A stretch of DNA of 64,000 nucleotides. It comes from Lama glama (lineage: Eukaryota). The stretch spans positions 91,142,001-91,206,000 of the forward strand of contig CM052816.1 of the NCBI GenBank assembly GCA_028534125.1, in the 5' to 3' direction. Position 1 is the stretch's first letter; the number at the start of each line of letters is the position of its first letter. Of this stretch, positions 50,128-64,000 are shown one piece after another. The translations under genes and the position numbers were made by a program. The notes under the pieces are model-generated. The model did no database searches. It had not been told where the DNA came from and was given only the letters and a program-made list of their open reading frames with translations.

Positions 50128-50186
<59 letters not shown>

Positions 50187-50541
50187 ATCTATCTATCTAT
50201 CTATCTGTCTTTATTTGTCTATCTATCTATCTCACATCTTCTTTATCCAGTCATCTCTCACTTACATGTCTTGGCTGTTGAAAATAGTGTTGTTATGAAC
50301 ACTGTGGTGCATGTATCTTTTCAAATTAGAGTTTTCTCAGGATATATGCCCAGGAGTGGGATTGCTGGATCATATGGTAACTCTGTATTCAGTTTTTAAA
50401 GGAATCTCCAACTACTTTCCATAGTGGTTGTACCAAACTAACTCTCATCAACAGTGTAGGAGGGTTCTCTTTTCTCCACAACCTTTCCAGCATTTATCGT
50501 TTGTGGGCTTTTTAATAATGGCTATTTTGACCCATGTGAGG
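49676..50541 (-). mobile_element. 5'-truncated L1 with an internal (TG)n/(TCTA)n microsatellite at 50130-50232
   Basis: Antisense L1 3' UTR and ORF2 end. 10-bp TSD TCAAATATTC at 49666-49675 and 50542-50551. Confidence 0.88.
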
Positions 50542-53500
50542 TCAAATATTCATTTTTGTGGTTATGTTGCTGAATTAGGAAAGGGGTGTCTACTCTGTAT
50601 ATAAAGGTGACCCTGTGACTAAATTGGTATCAGATTACAGATTGGGTCACATGTCCGTTTGAATCATCAGTCTCGTGGTGATGAAATTCTGATGTGAAAA
50701 CATGGTTAGAAATTTTGCAGATTTTCTAGCCATTTGGAAAATATGTTTATGATACAGCAGTCTCTTGGAATTCAAGTTCTCATTAGCTTGTTTTTACTTG
50801 TGTCTGGAGCCAAGGAAAAAGTGATTAAAGCAAGACAGTTAGAGGGCATGATTTCATCCCTAAAGATCTGCACCTGGACTCAGAAGGGGCCTTTGTAGAC
50901 AACCTACATATGTTTGACCTGCTCTGAGCACATGGTTTATTTGAGAACACATCTGGACACTTACAAATCCCTTCCTTTCCCCCTTTCTCGAACAGATGGC
51001 TATCTTCCTCTCTTCTCTACTCTGTTCAGATAGTGAAGTTGGCAGAACACATTTATTTGTATGAAATCTAGTTGCTGCACTGGAGGGTCCAACCACCTGC
51101 TGCCTTCAAGAGAAGAAGTTCCTGTGACACACATCACTGTTGCTCTTTCTTTTTAATTATTTTATTAGCAAAATATGTGTTTCCTTAAATTAATAATAAA
51201 AATATTTTTGAGTACTTACTATGTGCCAGATACCATACTAGGGGTCTTCTATATTTTAATTTCAATATTTGATTTGTATATTTTAATTTAATCCTCAAAA
51301 AGGCCTTGCAATGTATTATTTACCTTGTTTTACGGAAGATAGAACAGAAACTCAGGGAGCTACTGTAACAAAGTCACGTTAAGTGCCCAAACTGGTATTC
51401 AAGTTTCGTCTGAATCCACAGACTCTTTTCAGTATTCACAACCCTGGTGGCAGTCAACTGTTTCCTCATTTACTTGGCCTAGTTCTGGTCTGATCTTAAA
51501 GCAATCAACTGTCAGTCATATGACTTAGCCACATTAGGGAGACATAGGCTCTGACCATTTAAGAAGAACAGCTAGCAACACTTGAGCATCTCTATATACA
51601 GGGCACTGTGCTATGCAATTACGCCTGTCATCACCACTGGGTGGTGTATATGCCGGAAGGCTGGGAAAAAAGAGAGTGTAAGAAGCTTCCTGAATTAAGA
51701 CAAAGGTTTAACTGTTGGTAGATTGGCGATACAACTTTTCTAAATTGTCAAATCACTTCCTCTGCGTTTCTGAATGTAGGCGTTGTTGTGGGGGCATGAT
51801 TCTAAGAATGGAGTGTTCAGTCCCGCTTAGCTGGTACCTAGCGCTGCCCTGAAAAATAAAATGACTCCATGTCAGAGATCAGGAGGGATCTTCAAGCAAG
51901 AATCCGCTGTTGCCCTGGAATAATCCTTTTCTTCCTGACCACTTGAAAGTTAACAGCATCAAAGTCGTGCTAAAGCTTTTATGAAAATGAATGGATCAAA
52001 TAAATGGATCTTTGAAAAAATCCGAGAGTTGATGCACACTAATAATATTAGCTTCAATTATATTTAGCCTTTTTCAAATAAAGCCATCACAAATAGATAA
52101 GAGAGGACTGCTTCCATTTCCTCTCCCCCCAACCCCTCCCTTCTACCAGGAATGACTCATGGCTTCGTCTGGGCCCCAAACAGCCAGTAAAAGGATCAAC
52201 AAAAGAGCAGAAGGAAGGTGGTGCCTCCCCTCTTTTCCTCTCTAAGTGCTGACACAAACGTCTCCCGAGAGCGGCTAAAAGTGGTCAGGATGTGGAATTC
52301 TCTCTATTTGGCAAATTTCATTCTTTTATACTTACTGTCTTCCTCTCCCAGTTGTCATTCTCTGCGATTAAGTAAAAAATTAATGTCAGCACCATTAGGA
52401 AGCTGAGATAATTCTTCAGCATATACTAATTCACCCTGGTCTGTCTGCAATGTGTTTTCAGATGCCCAGCCCAGTTCCCTTCATTTCTGGACCTTTAGAA
52501 AAGACTGTTTATAACATGAGTTGTCACCCTGTTGGAGACACTTTCTATAAGTGATAATGAACCTTGCTGTGTTTATACAAGAGCGTATGTCTCAGTAAAT
52601 CACAGCTTTCCCTATGAATACCATTAACTTTATCCAGCCAGCCTGCAATACCTGCAGATCAGGTGGGAGAAGGGAAAAACAGTTTGCAGATGTCTGATAA
52701 CGAACTATAGAGGCTTCTTAGCTTGGTTTTTTTTCCCCCCTCTAGAATGAATCACTTGTCAGAGGAAATTATGTTGATAACTTTCGTGCAGTTACACTGA
52801 TAACAAATTAACATTCCCCGTCAGTGTGTGCATTAATTTGTAGTGATGCTGGTTGCCTTTCTTGCTGTTCCTTAACACCCATCTGGGCAATAACAATTTC
52901 CATCACTGAGCAGAAACAACAGGGAGGCCTCTCTCACCCTTCTGGAAACTGACACCTTTACTTCCTTATTTTCCATTTTTATTCCCATCTTGAATTGCTG
53001 GTTGCAGTGTCTCAAAGCCGCTGATGACATAACTCCTGGTTACAACGTAATGTTCCTTTGTTGATTAAATGTGGTTTACCTGGGCTGTGGGAGGTGGCTC
53101 AGGAGGCATGCAAACAGAAATTGTTAACTGCTGATGAATGACTGGCCCACAGGTACTGCTCCTGGGAGGTGAAGGCAGGATGCAGAGCAGCAATTGAAGT
53201 CCCACATTCAGGGCTAACTTACTCATTTTCTAAAATGAATTGTCAGTCGACTTAGTCAAACAACTAACTGGTTTGATGATTCTGAAAAGTTTGAGTCAGC
53301 TAATCTAATCAATAGAGTCTGCAAATCATCAAGCTTATACCTCATGTAACCGTAAGTCCAAGACATTTTTTAAAGTGATGTCTTTATCCTTTAGGTTTTA
53401 TGTACAAATCAGAATGATAGTTACTTTGACAGTTGTACACTTAATTAACAGCTTGACAAAGAAACCTTGTCTTTTCAGGAGTTCACCTCAGAAATCTGTA

Positions 53501-55131
53501 AAAAAAGCACTCAGCTAGTAATTGTATGTATACAAAACCAAACTGTACTATCCAGAATATTCCTCGTTAACAATTAAACTCTGGCCCCTACCCCTTCTCC
53601 CCATGACTCCATAATGCACGATGAAGGCAAGGCTATTAAAAATTATTTTTAGACTCTCAACATACTTGAAATACCTCGTATCGGGAAGTGTTACCTGGGG
53701 CAGTTGAACAGCACATTAACTAATCTGGAGGGAAGAGAAAATTTTTGTGTTTAGTTTTGTCTTTTAATTTTGTGACACTTAGGAAAATTTATGGAAGTTT
53801 GGCATATGCCTAAGGAGTTAACATATTGAGTTAAACTAAACTGTACCTCAAAAGTGCACAGAAAATAACCCCCTGACTAAGGAAGTGGTTTAATTCCTGG
53901 AAGGCAACTTGAAAGTTTGTAAGCGGTCCTCTTGCGGGGGCGGAGGTGGAAGAGGGTAAGACTCTTCTTACAGGGACAGACTATGAGACAAAGGATGTTC
54001 AAGAATCCAATTACCTGGTGCAGTACATATGGAACTTATGATCATTTGGTCAAGAAGCCGAGCTGAAGTTATTTTCACATATTAATCACAAAGTATTTGA
54101 CTAAGATACCGAACAACATGAAACTTCAAGTCATTAAAATTAAAGAAACATTTAAAATCACTCGCTCCACATAAATACTTCCTATGTCCTAATTATACAA
54201 GATTCTTAAATAGTCACTAAAGCAAAGTCACAGGGTCTTCTATTTCAAGTGACTGCACATCCCTGAAACACAGAAAGTGGGGTTCTGAAGTCCTCTGAAG
54301 TCCAAATTTACCTTTCCACCCATTAATGTGTAATATTATATGTTACTTAATAATTCTTCTCTAGTCCAGGATTGTCCAGGATCGCACATCTGTTTCAGGC
54401 CAACTTCCATGGATTTCCGGATCCCATTGCATGTAGTTTTCCTACAGGACCCGAGGGAGAGATCCAAGGGAATTCCCTTCCAAAGCCACTTTGCTGTGTG
54501 AGCCCTTCAATATCACTGTAGGATGATTCCAGATTTTCTAGAATCACCTTAAGGACTATTTGCTTGTCAGTTATTCCTACGTATTGTTGCTAAAATCACT
54601 CTACCAACTATACTCATTTATCATCATATCATAACCTGCACTAAACTTCTCAATTCACCGCCAGGTGCTCAAGGTATCCATCTTCTTGTCTTCACTCCCT
54701 GCCTCCTCCAGGCAAATTTATTAGCTGTTCTCCCTGCATCTTTTTTTGCCTCTTCCCCAAACATGCTTTTATTTCAACTGTCTCACCCTCCCATTGAAGC
54801 AGTAAGTCTCTTCTGACAGTGCTTAAAAATTTATATCCAGTTCCCTACCACGCTAAGCAAAACGGTTAGGGCATCTAGGGAGGGGAAGTGGGGGTCGAAA
54901 CTGATCATCTCATTTAATTCAGTGAATTATTGTCTGACACATCAAAACACATAAATTCTTCTGGATGAGGCTAAATGAATTATTTTCATTCCTAAAACTA
55001 CAGTTTATCCACGTGTAGATCAAAAACTGCACATGGTTGCCACTCATTACAGAGGATACACTCTTCCAAGTTTAGAAGCAAGGTGACCCATCCATAGTTA
55101 ATATTTAAAATCAAATCCAAAATTATTGTCA

Positions 55132-58035
<2,904 letters not shown>

Positions 58036-58278
58036 AAAATTATTGTCAGAATAACATTCTGTTCTTACCAAGAAATCTTAAATATACAGTAAGTACATTG
58101 ACTGAGCAACTCCCAGGCTTTGGTCTCAGTGCTAGAGCGCAGAGTAAGTGATCAGGAAATGATGGTCACTATTATTACTTACATTTATTATTTTAATAGT
58201 TGACAAAAGACATTGCTAATTTCTTTAATCCCCAGAACTACCCTATGATGTGGATTCAGTACTACTCCCGTTAGCAGA

Positions 58279-58664
58279 CGTATTAACTTCCCAGGGCTGC
58301 CATAACAAAATACTGCAGACTGGGGTCTTAAACCATGGAACTTCATTTTCTCACAGTTCTGGAGTCTGGAAGTCCAAGGTCAGTGAGTCAGCTGGGTTGA
58401 TTTCTTCTGAGGCCTCTCCTTGGCTTGTAGATGGCTGCCTCCTTGCTGTGCTCACACATGGTCTTCCTCCTTGCACACCTTTGTCTTAATCTCCCCTTCT
58501 TCTGAAGACCACGAGTCATGTTGGATTAGGGCCCACCTTGATGACTTCATTTAACTTCAATTACTTCTGAAGAGACTTCATTTCCAAATACAGTCACTTT
58601 CGGAGGTACCAGGGTTAGGACATCAATACGGAAACTTTAGAGGGATGCAATTCAGCGCATAACA
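58279..58664 (-). mobile_element. MLT1-type MaLR solo LTR nested in a MIR
   Basis: CAGGGCTGCCATAACAAA, TCTCACAGTTCTGGAG and TTCAGCGCATAACA. 5-bp TSD GCAGA at 58274-58278 and 58665-58669. The flanks rejoin as a MIR core (...GCAGATGGGCAAACTGAGGCAC). Confidence 0.85.
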
Positions 58665-59295
58665 GCAGATGGGCAAACTGAGGCACTGACAGCGCCAGGC
58701 CACGGCCTGGGCAGTCAGGCACCAGGGCTGTGCTCTGAACCACTGTCGTGTACTGGGTGGAACGTCATGCCAAGAGAAGTGCTTTCAGATCTCAAATTGG
58801 AAAGATCTCAATATACCTTAATTTCTCTGCAATTAGTGCTAATTGAAGTCATCAAGAAATTAAGTGTCTGAGTTCACTTTTTTCTAGTTCATTACATATT
58901 GAGCATAATATTTTTGACTTTATCCTTGTTAAGTCTTCCAAGCTGCATGACTCCTTTCCTGTTTCTACCTAGGCTTGCAACAATGACTAAAACCGTATTT
59001 TGTGATTAAGGGTTTTGTTTTATGGTTTGTGAACAAGGTACATTTTCTGGGTATTACTTGAATTGTGCAGTGATGCTGTTGCAGAAGATATGAGAGGCTG
59101 AATCAATCCAAGGATGTACCATTTCCTATCATTGTCTCTTTCTCATAGAACAAAGGTGGTCCATATGTACACATACGTGGTTAATTGAGGCTCTCGGTGC
59201 GTTAATCCTAATTTGAGGATTTTAGTCCTACCTAAAAATTTAGAGATTTTGTTGATTTGATTCTACAAATTATTGCACATTATACTTGATGACAC

Positions 59296-59760
59296 TTTTT
59301 TTAAACATCTTTTATTGAGTTAGAGTAATTTTACAATGCTGTGTCAAATTCCAGTGCAGAGCACAATTTTCCAGTTATACATGAACATACATATATTCAT
59401 TGTCACATTTTTTTTTCACTGTGAGCTTCCACAAGATCTTGTATATACTTCCCTGTGCTACACAGTATAATCTTGTTTATCTATTCTGCATACGCCTGTC
59501 AGTATCTACAAATTTTGAACTCCCAGTCTGTTCCTTCCCAGCCCCCACCCCCTTGGCAACCACAAGTTTGTATTCTATGTCTATGAGTCTGTTTCTGCTT
59601 TGTATTTATGTTCTGTTTTTTTTTTTTTGTTCCGCATATGAGCTATCTCATATGGTATTTTTCTTTCTCTTTCTGGCTCACTTCACTTAGAATGACATTC
59701 TCCAGGGACATCCATGTTGCTGCAAATGGCGTTGTGTTGCCGTTTTTTTATGGCTGAATA
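59296..59760 (-). mobile_element. Young lineage-specific L1 3' end with a rearranged flank
   Basis: Same tail family as 6571 and 40172. Poly-T at 59296-59302, no direct TSD (see findings). Confidence 0.88.
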
Positions 59761-61832
59761 TTTCTGATGGCTCCGCAGCTATAGAGTTGTCTCTCTCTCT
59801 CTCTCTTTTATTAATAAGCAGCTTCAAAACCCATTTTGGAGGCTACTTGTTATCATAGTTACAGAATAATTAGTTTTTCTTAAGTGTATGGGAATTTTTC
59901 TGTTGGCAAAAAGGTGTCATCAAATACAAAACGGATTTTGAAGCTGCTTATTAATAAAAGAGAGAGAGACAACTCTATAGCTGTGGAGCCATCAGAACTA
60001 GTTTTATATCTATTTAATCAACCAGTGACTCGTCCCAGTGAACGTGCTTCTGAAAGCCAAGTAGTCAGCATTAGCCTTTCACTTGGGAAGATCAGCCAAT
60101 AGGGACTATTGGATGCACTCCAATAAACAGGCTTCTGAAAGTGAATCCTGAGTAACTGTGCTTCTCCAGCTGAGGTCTCCCCACTCCTGCCTCTGAAACC
60201 CCGCCAAGCCCTGAAGTCCACACAGATATCACCTCCTATCAGAGCAATTCCTCGCTCTTCCCAGAGACTCTGTGCCTGTCCGGCATAACTCTCCCTCACC
60301 TAATAAAGTAATCACGTCAGCTTTGCCTTTGTTATCATTGTTCATTTGTATAAGACACTGAGCAACTGTCGCAGCCTTTGACACTTCATTGCTACCAAAT
60401 AACACAAAATTATTGACTGTCACTGGATCTCCTTTAGGTCTTTTTGTGGTCGACCATGTGAAACAAATGACAACTTGGTGTCCTTAACTCTTTTATTCCA
60501 ACCGTCTTCTTCTTTGCCTGATCATCTCAAACATAAGTCGTAAGTAAAGGGCTGATCTTCTTAATGGCATGGTACAAACTACAGCAAGTTCTGCAAAGCA
60601 GCAGGTTAGATGTTCAGACCTGCTCAGCACAGCACACCTGAAAACGCTGTATTAAAAACTCAACCTCTCACATATTTTATAACGCATGGTGAGGCTCGGG
60701 GGAAGTAAAAGAACTTTCCGAGGTTTTTGTAGACACCTCAAGAAAGTGCAAATCCAAAAGAGCAAGAGAGTGGAGGCAGAGTTCCCCCCGGGGGTATCGG
60801 GTAAAACTTGGTGCCTCTTTCCTGGGTTTTGCCCCAAATAGGGAAAAGGGGTCTAGTCAGAATTCCTGCATAAATTCAGCACCCCTGAAGTGGACACGTA
60901 GAAGAAACTTACCCTGCTGATGAAAGTCTTGGAGACACATCTTGGAGATATATCCTGTCTCAAGCTTGGCTGTCAGTGAATTGGAGGAAATTTCCACTTA
61001 AAATTTTTAGCCACAGGCCTGCAATCACTAGGGTTTGGGACCGAATTCCCCCTGCCCATTTGCTCAGAGAAAACTTAGAGTAGTCTTGGGTTGGCAGTGC
61101 CCGCACGAGGCTGGCAGAGGCAAATGCAAATACTCTTAAGAGAAACACAATTAAAACTGTATTCTAAAGAATTCCTGCAGCTAAACTCCCAAGGACCAGA
61201 GTTCATAATTTAAAAAAAAATTAAGCAAAACAAGCCATCATAAACAAAAGAGAGCAGTAAAAAAAAAAGCATAGAATTAGACTTACACAGTGAGTAGATG
61301 TGAAATGACCAGAAACAGAATCTAAAGTGGGTGTGTTTGATATATTTTAATTAAAAATTATTGAAAATACAATAAAGAAACAAGAGATGAAAATTGACTA
61401 GGTGGATTTGAAAAGAACCAAATAGAACTGTCTGATAAGAAAAATACAGCAACTGGAAGGTAGGGGTGCCACATGTTCACATGTTTGAATTTCTCATTGC
61501 AGTGTGAGCTCCACATTTATCTAAAGGTCTAGAGAACTAGCCTGGTAGCTAGTATTTAATAGGAGTTCAATGAATTCTCTTCAATGAATAAATGATTACC
61601 TTTTCTCTGAGTCTCTGTTGCCTGAGAATGAGTGCTTCTTGAGTTAATACTTCCTGAAGATCTAGTTGATTTCCAAACCCTGGACATTCCCAGTGTGGCT
61701 TGTAATGCGCCAACCAAATTCAGAAAAGGCAGACTGTTACCTGACCTCTCATGTAAGGCTACCACGTAGATTTATTTACTTTTCATGAGCTTTGTTCTTC
61801 TTCATGATGAGACTAGAGAAAATGATAGGAAC

Positions 61833-62361
61833 TTTGGTAACCAGTATCTAAATGGCTTCCTATGCTGCAATGGGGATCCCCCTGTTAGGCACCCCTTCTG
61901 TAGTCCCCTCCTACATTAAATAGGATGACACATGTAACCAGTATGATATCATGAAATGTCAGTGTGTGACTTCTGAGGCTACCTCGCAAAAGATGTGGTG
62001 GTCTGGTCACAGCCTCTAGTTCTGGGAACACTCACTCTGGGGGAAGTGAGTGGTTTGTCTTGAGGACATTTATACAGCCACATGGAGGGGGTCCCTGTGG
62101 TGAGGAACTGAGGCCAGCTGCTCCTAGTTGTCTGCACACACCATCTTGGAAGCAGACCCTCCAGCCCCAGTCAAACCTTCAGATGACTAGAGCTCCAGCT
62201 GCCACCTTGACCGCCATCCGAGAGATTCTAGACTATGACACCCTCCCCTCCAAGTTAAGCCACAAGTTCCTTACCCATGGAAACTGTGTGAGATAATAAA
62301 TACCTATTGTGGTGTTAAGTCAGTAAATTTTGGGATAATTCAACAATGGATAACTGATACA
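61833..62361 (+). mobile_element. MLT1-type MaLR solo LTR
   Basis: GTGTGACTTCTGAGGCTA, GAGGAACTGAGGCC, CCAGCCCCAGTCAAACCTTCAGATGAC, AAACTGTGTGAGATAATAAA and end GATAACTGATACA. 5-bp TSD GGAAC at 61828-61832 and 62362-62366. Confidence 0.85.
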
Positions 62362-64000
62362 GGAACCACACATTACACTTTATGAATTTTCCCATATTAG
62401 CTTCTCAATGCAACTTTGTGCTTGGAAAATGGTTATAAATATGGTTTTTAATATACAAATATGCATACAAGGAGCTTATCAAGTATCTGGGGTAGAACTA
62501 TTTTCCTTGAATTGTGGCCAAAGAAAAAAAGTATACCGCTCACCGTCAGCAAAGATGTAGGATTCAGATGGTCTGTGGACACCTCTGAGTTTTCCACTAG
62601 GGACACTTATTTCTCATTTAAGTGAAGTTAATGAACTTGGGGTGAGGTGATACAGCTCTGAGGGCTATTCTTGCCCTGTCGCAGCACATTGTGTTCTCGG
62701 ACCCTTCCTATACGTGCTCTTAGTGTGAAGGAAGCCACTGAGTTTGCACCCATTCCAGCACTTACTTTATGGCTAGTCATCACGTGAGACCAGAAGGACG
62801 CTTCTGCTTGATTTGGAAGAATAAGGCACACAATGGGAAACACCGTGCTGGGACAGTGTTTCATTCATTCATCTCCTCCCATTCAGCATCCACTCCACAA
62901 ATACGTATTTCCTAGCGGAGAGATGGTCTTGGTGCCAGGAAAACACGAAGTGGAAGCAGAGCAACGAAGTGTAAAGAGCACAGCTTCTGGAATCAAGCAG
63001 ACCCGAGTTCAGTCTCCTGCGGTATCTGAGGTGACCTCATAAACCAGCTTGGCTTTTGAACAACCTGAGAGATAAGACAAAGTGAGACAACCTGTGGAGA
63101 CAGCATGTCGCCACCTGAACTGATGAGATGATTTTGGAGAATGTGGCTCATGTCTGTGAGCAAGCTGACTAATTCAGGGCTTCAGAATGAGCAGACCTGT
63201 ACCACTACTCACCCCGTGGGGCCTGGGGAGATTGGAACCCGTGCTCTCTGGCTCTCTCCCCGGGAGAGACGGAGGAGAAGGAGTGGCAGAACAGTTCTTC
63301 GCTCCAGCACCACCCACGGAGAAGCCAGATGCCTCCCTGAGGCACAGTGAGCGTCAGGGTGATGAGAGGACACTCCACGCTAGGGACACTTCATCTACCT
63401 GAGCGGAAACTCGGGGAGTGGCGGAGGACCACTGGGCCGTGGAGCGCAGGAAAGATGAGGACAGTCCGCATTCGGGAGGCGACAGCAGGCCCTCAGAAAG
63501 CCCTGCTCCCATCCTCCCGATGCTGCTCCCAATACCGCCCCCTGTCTGGGGCGCCCCCGACACCTCCCAGGCGGTACACATTTTGCTCCCAGAACTCTCT
63601 GGAATGAATTAGAAAGGTGTGCTAATGAAAGCAAAGCCAGGGCCACTCCGACTCCAAGGCTGACAATTAATCCTTCCACTTCCATTCCAAACTACCATCA
63701 GCCACGTGGTCCAATTCAGCTCATTCTGCTGTCTCCAATTCAGAGATTCTGAGTTGAAATTAAAGGACAACATGAGTCACACGTACAATAATATAATCCA
63801 GCAACAGATATTCCAAATCTGGCTCCAAACCTTCTCTTACTATAATTTGCCAGCAGGAAATTAAAGTCCAATTATTAAATCCCTTTGCAGGTTAAAATTC
63901 AAACATACACCTGAATTAACGTTTAAAAGTATGTTCTGTTTTCTGTTTAAGTTAAAAATTCAGATATATTAAATTCTCTCATCCCTCCATTTCTCATTCT

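Noticed and set aside
59762..59997. Inverted repeat as a pre-miRNA or MITE
   Set aside because: The 88-nt spacer is too long for a pre-miRNA loop, no flanking TSD fits a MITE, and the inverted L1 target site explains the structure better.

Overview
Mammalian genomic DNA, almost certainly camelid (alpaca/camel lineage, inferred from two vic-1-type tRNA-derived SINEs). It holds the last six coding exons of the ER-phagy receptor RETREG1/FAM134B (+, 8359-17636, ending in the DDFELL LIR motif and ...NLLGGH*). About 8 kb downstream, in tandem, lies ZNF622 (Rei1-family 60S maturation factor; +, ATG 25431, stop 35469) with a CpG-island promoter. Its exons 2-3 are not visible and presumably fall in the N-gap at 25896-26395. 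The last ~28 kb is intergenic and repeat-rich. There are three assembly gaps (12175-12274, 25896-26395, 44653-45152). I found no supportable new biological system. The most unusual signals are structural: an L1 insertion followed by an inverted, partly duplicated flank (59281-59997); a twin-primed 5'-inverted L1 with a perfect 13-bp TSD; an ERVK-like LTR with a 6-bp TSD split by a gap in RETREG1 intron 5; a GC-AG intron in RETREG1; and apparent lineage-specific changes in ZNF622 exon 1. Exon numbering, human comparisons and repeat family names come from memory and need alignment or Dfam confirmation.
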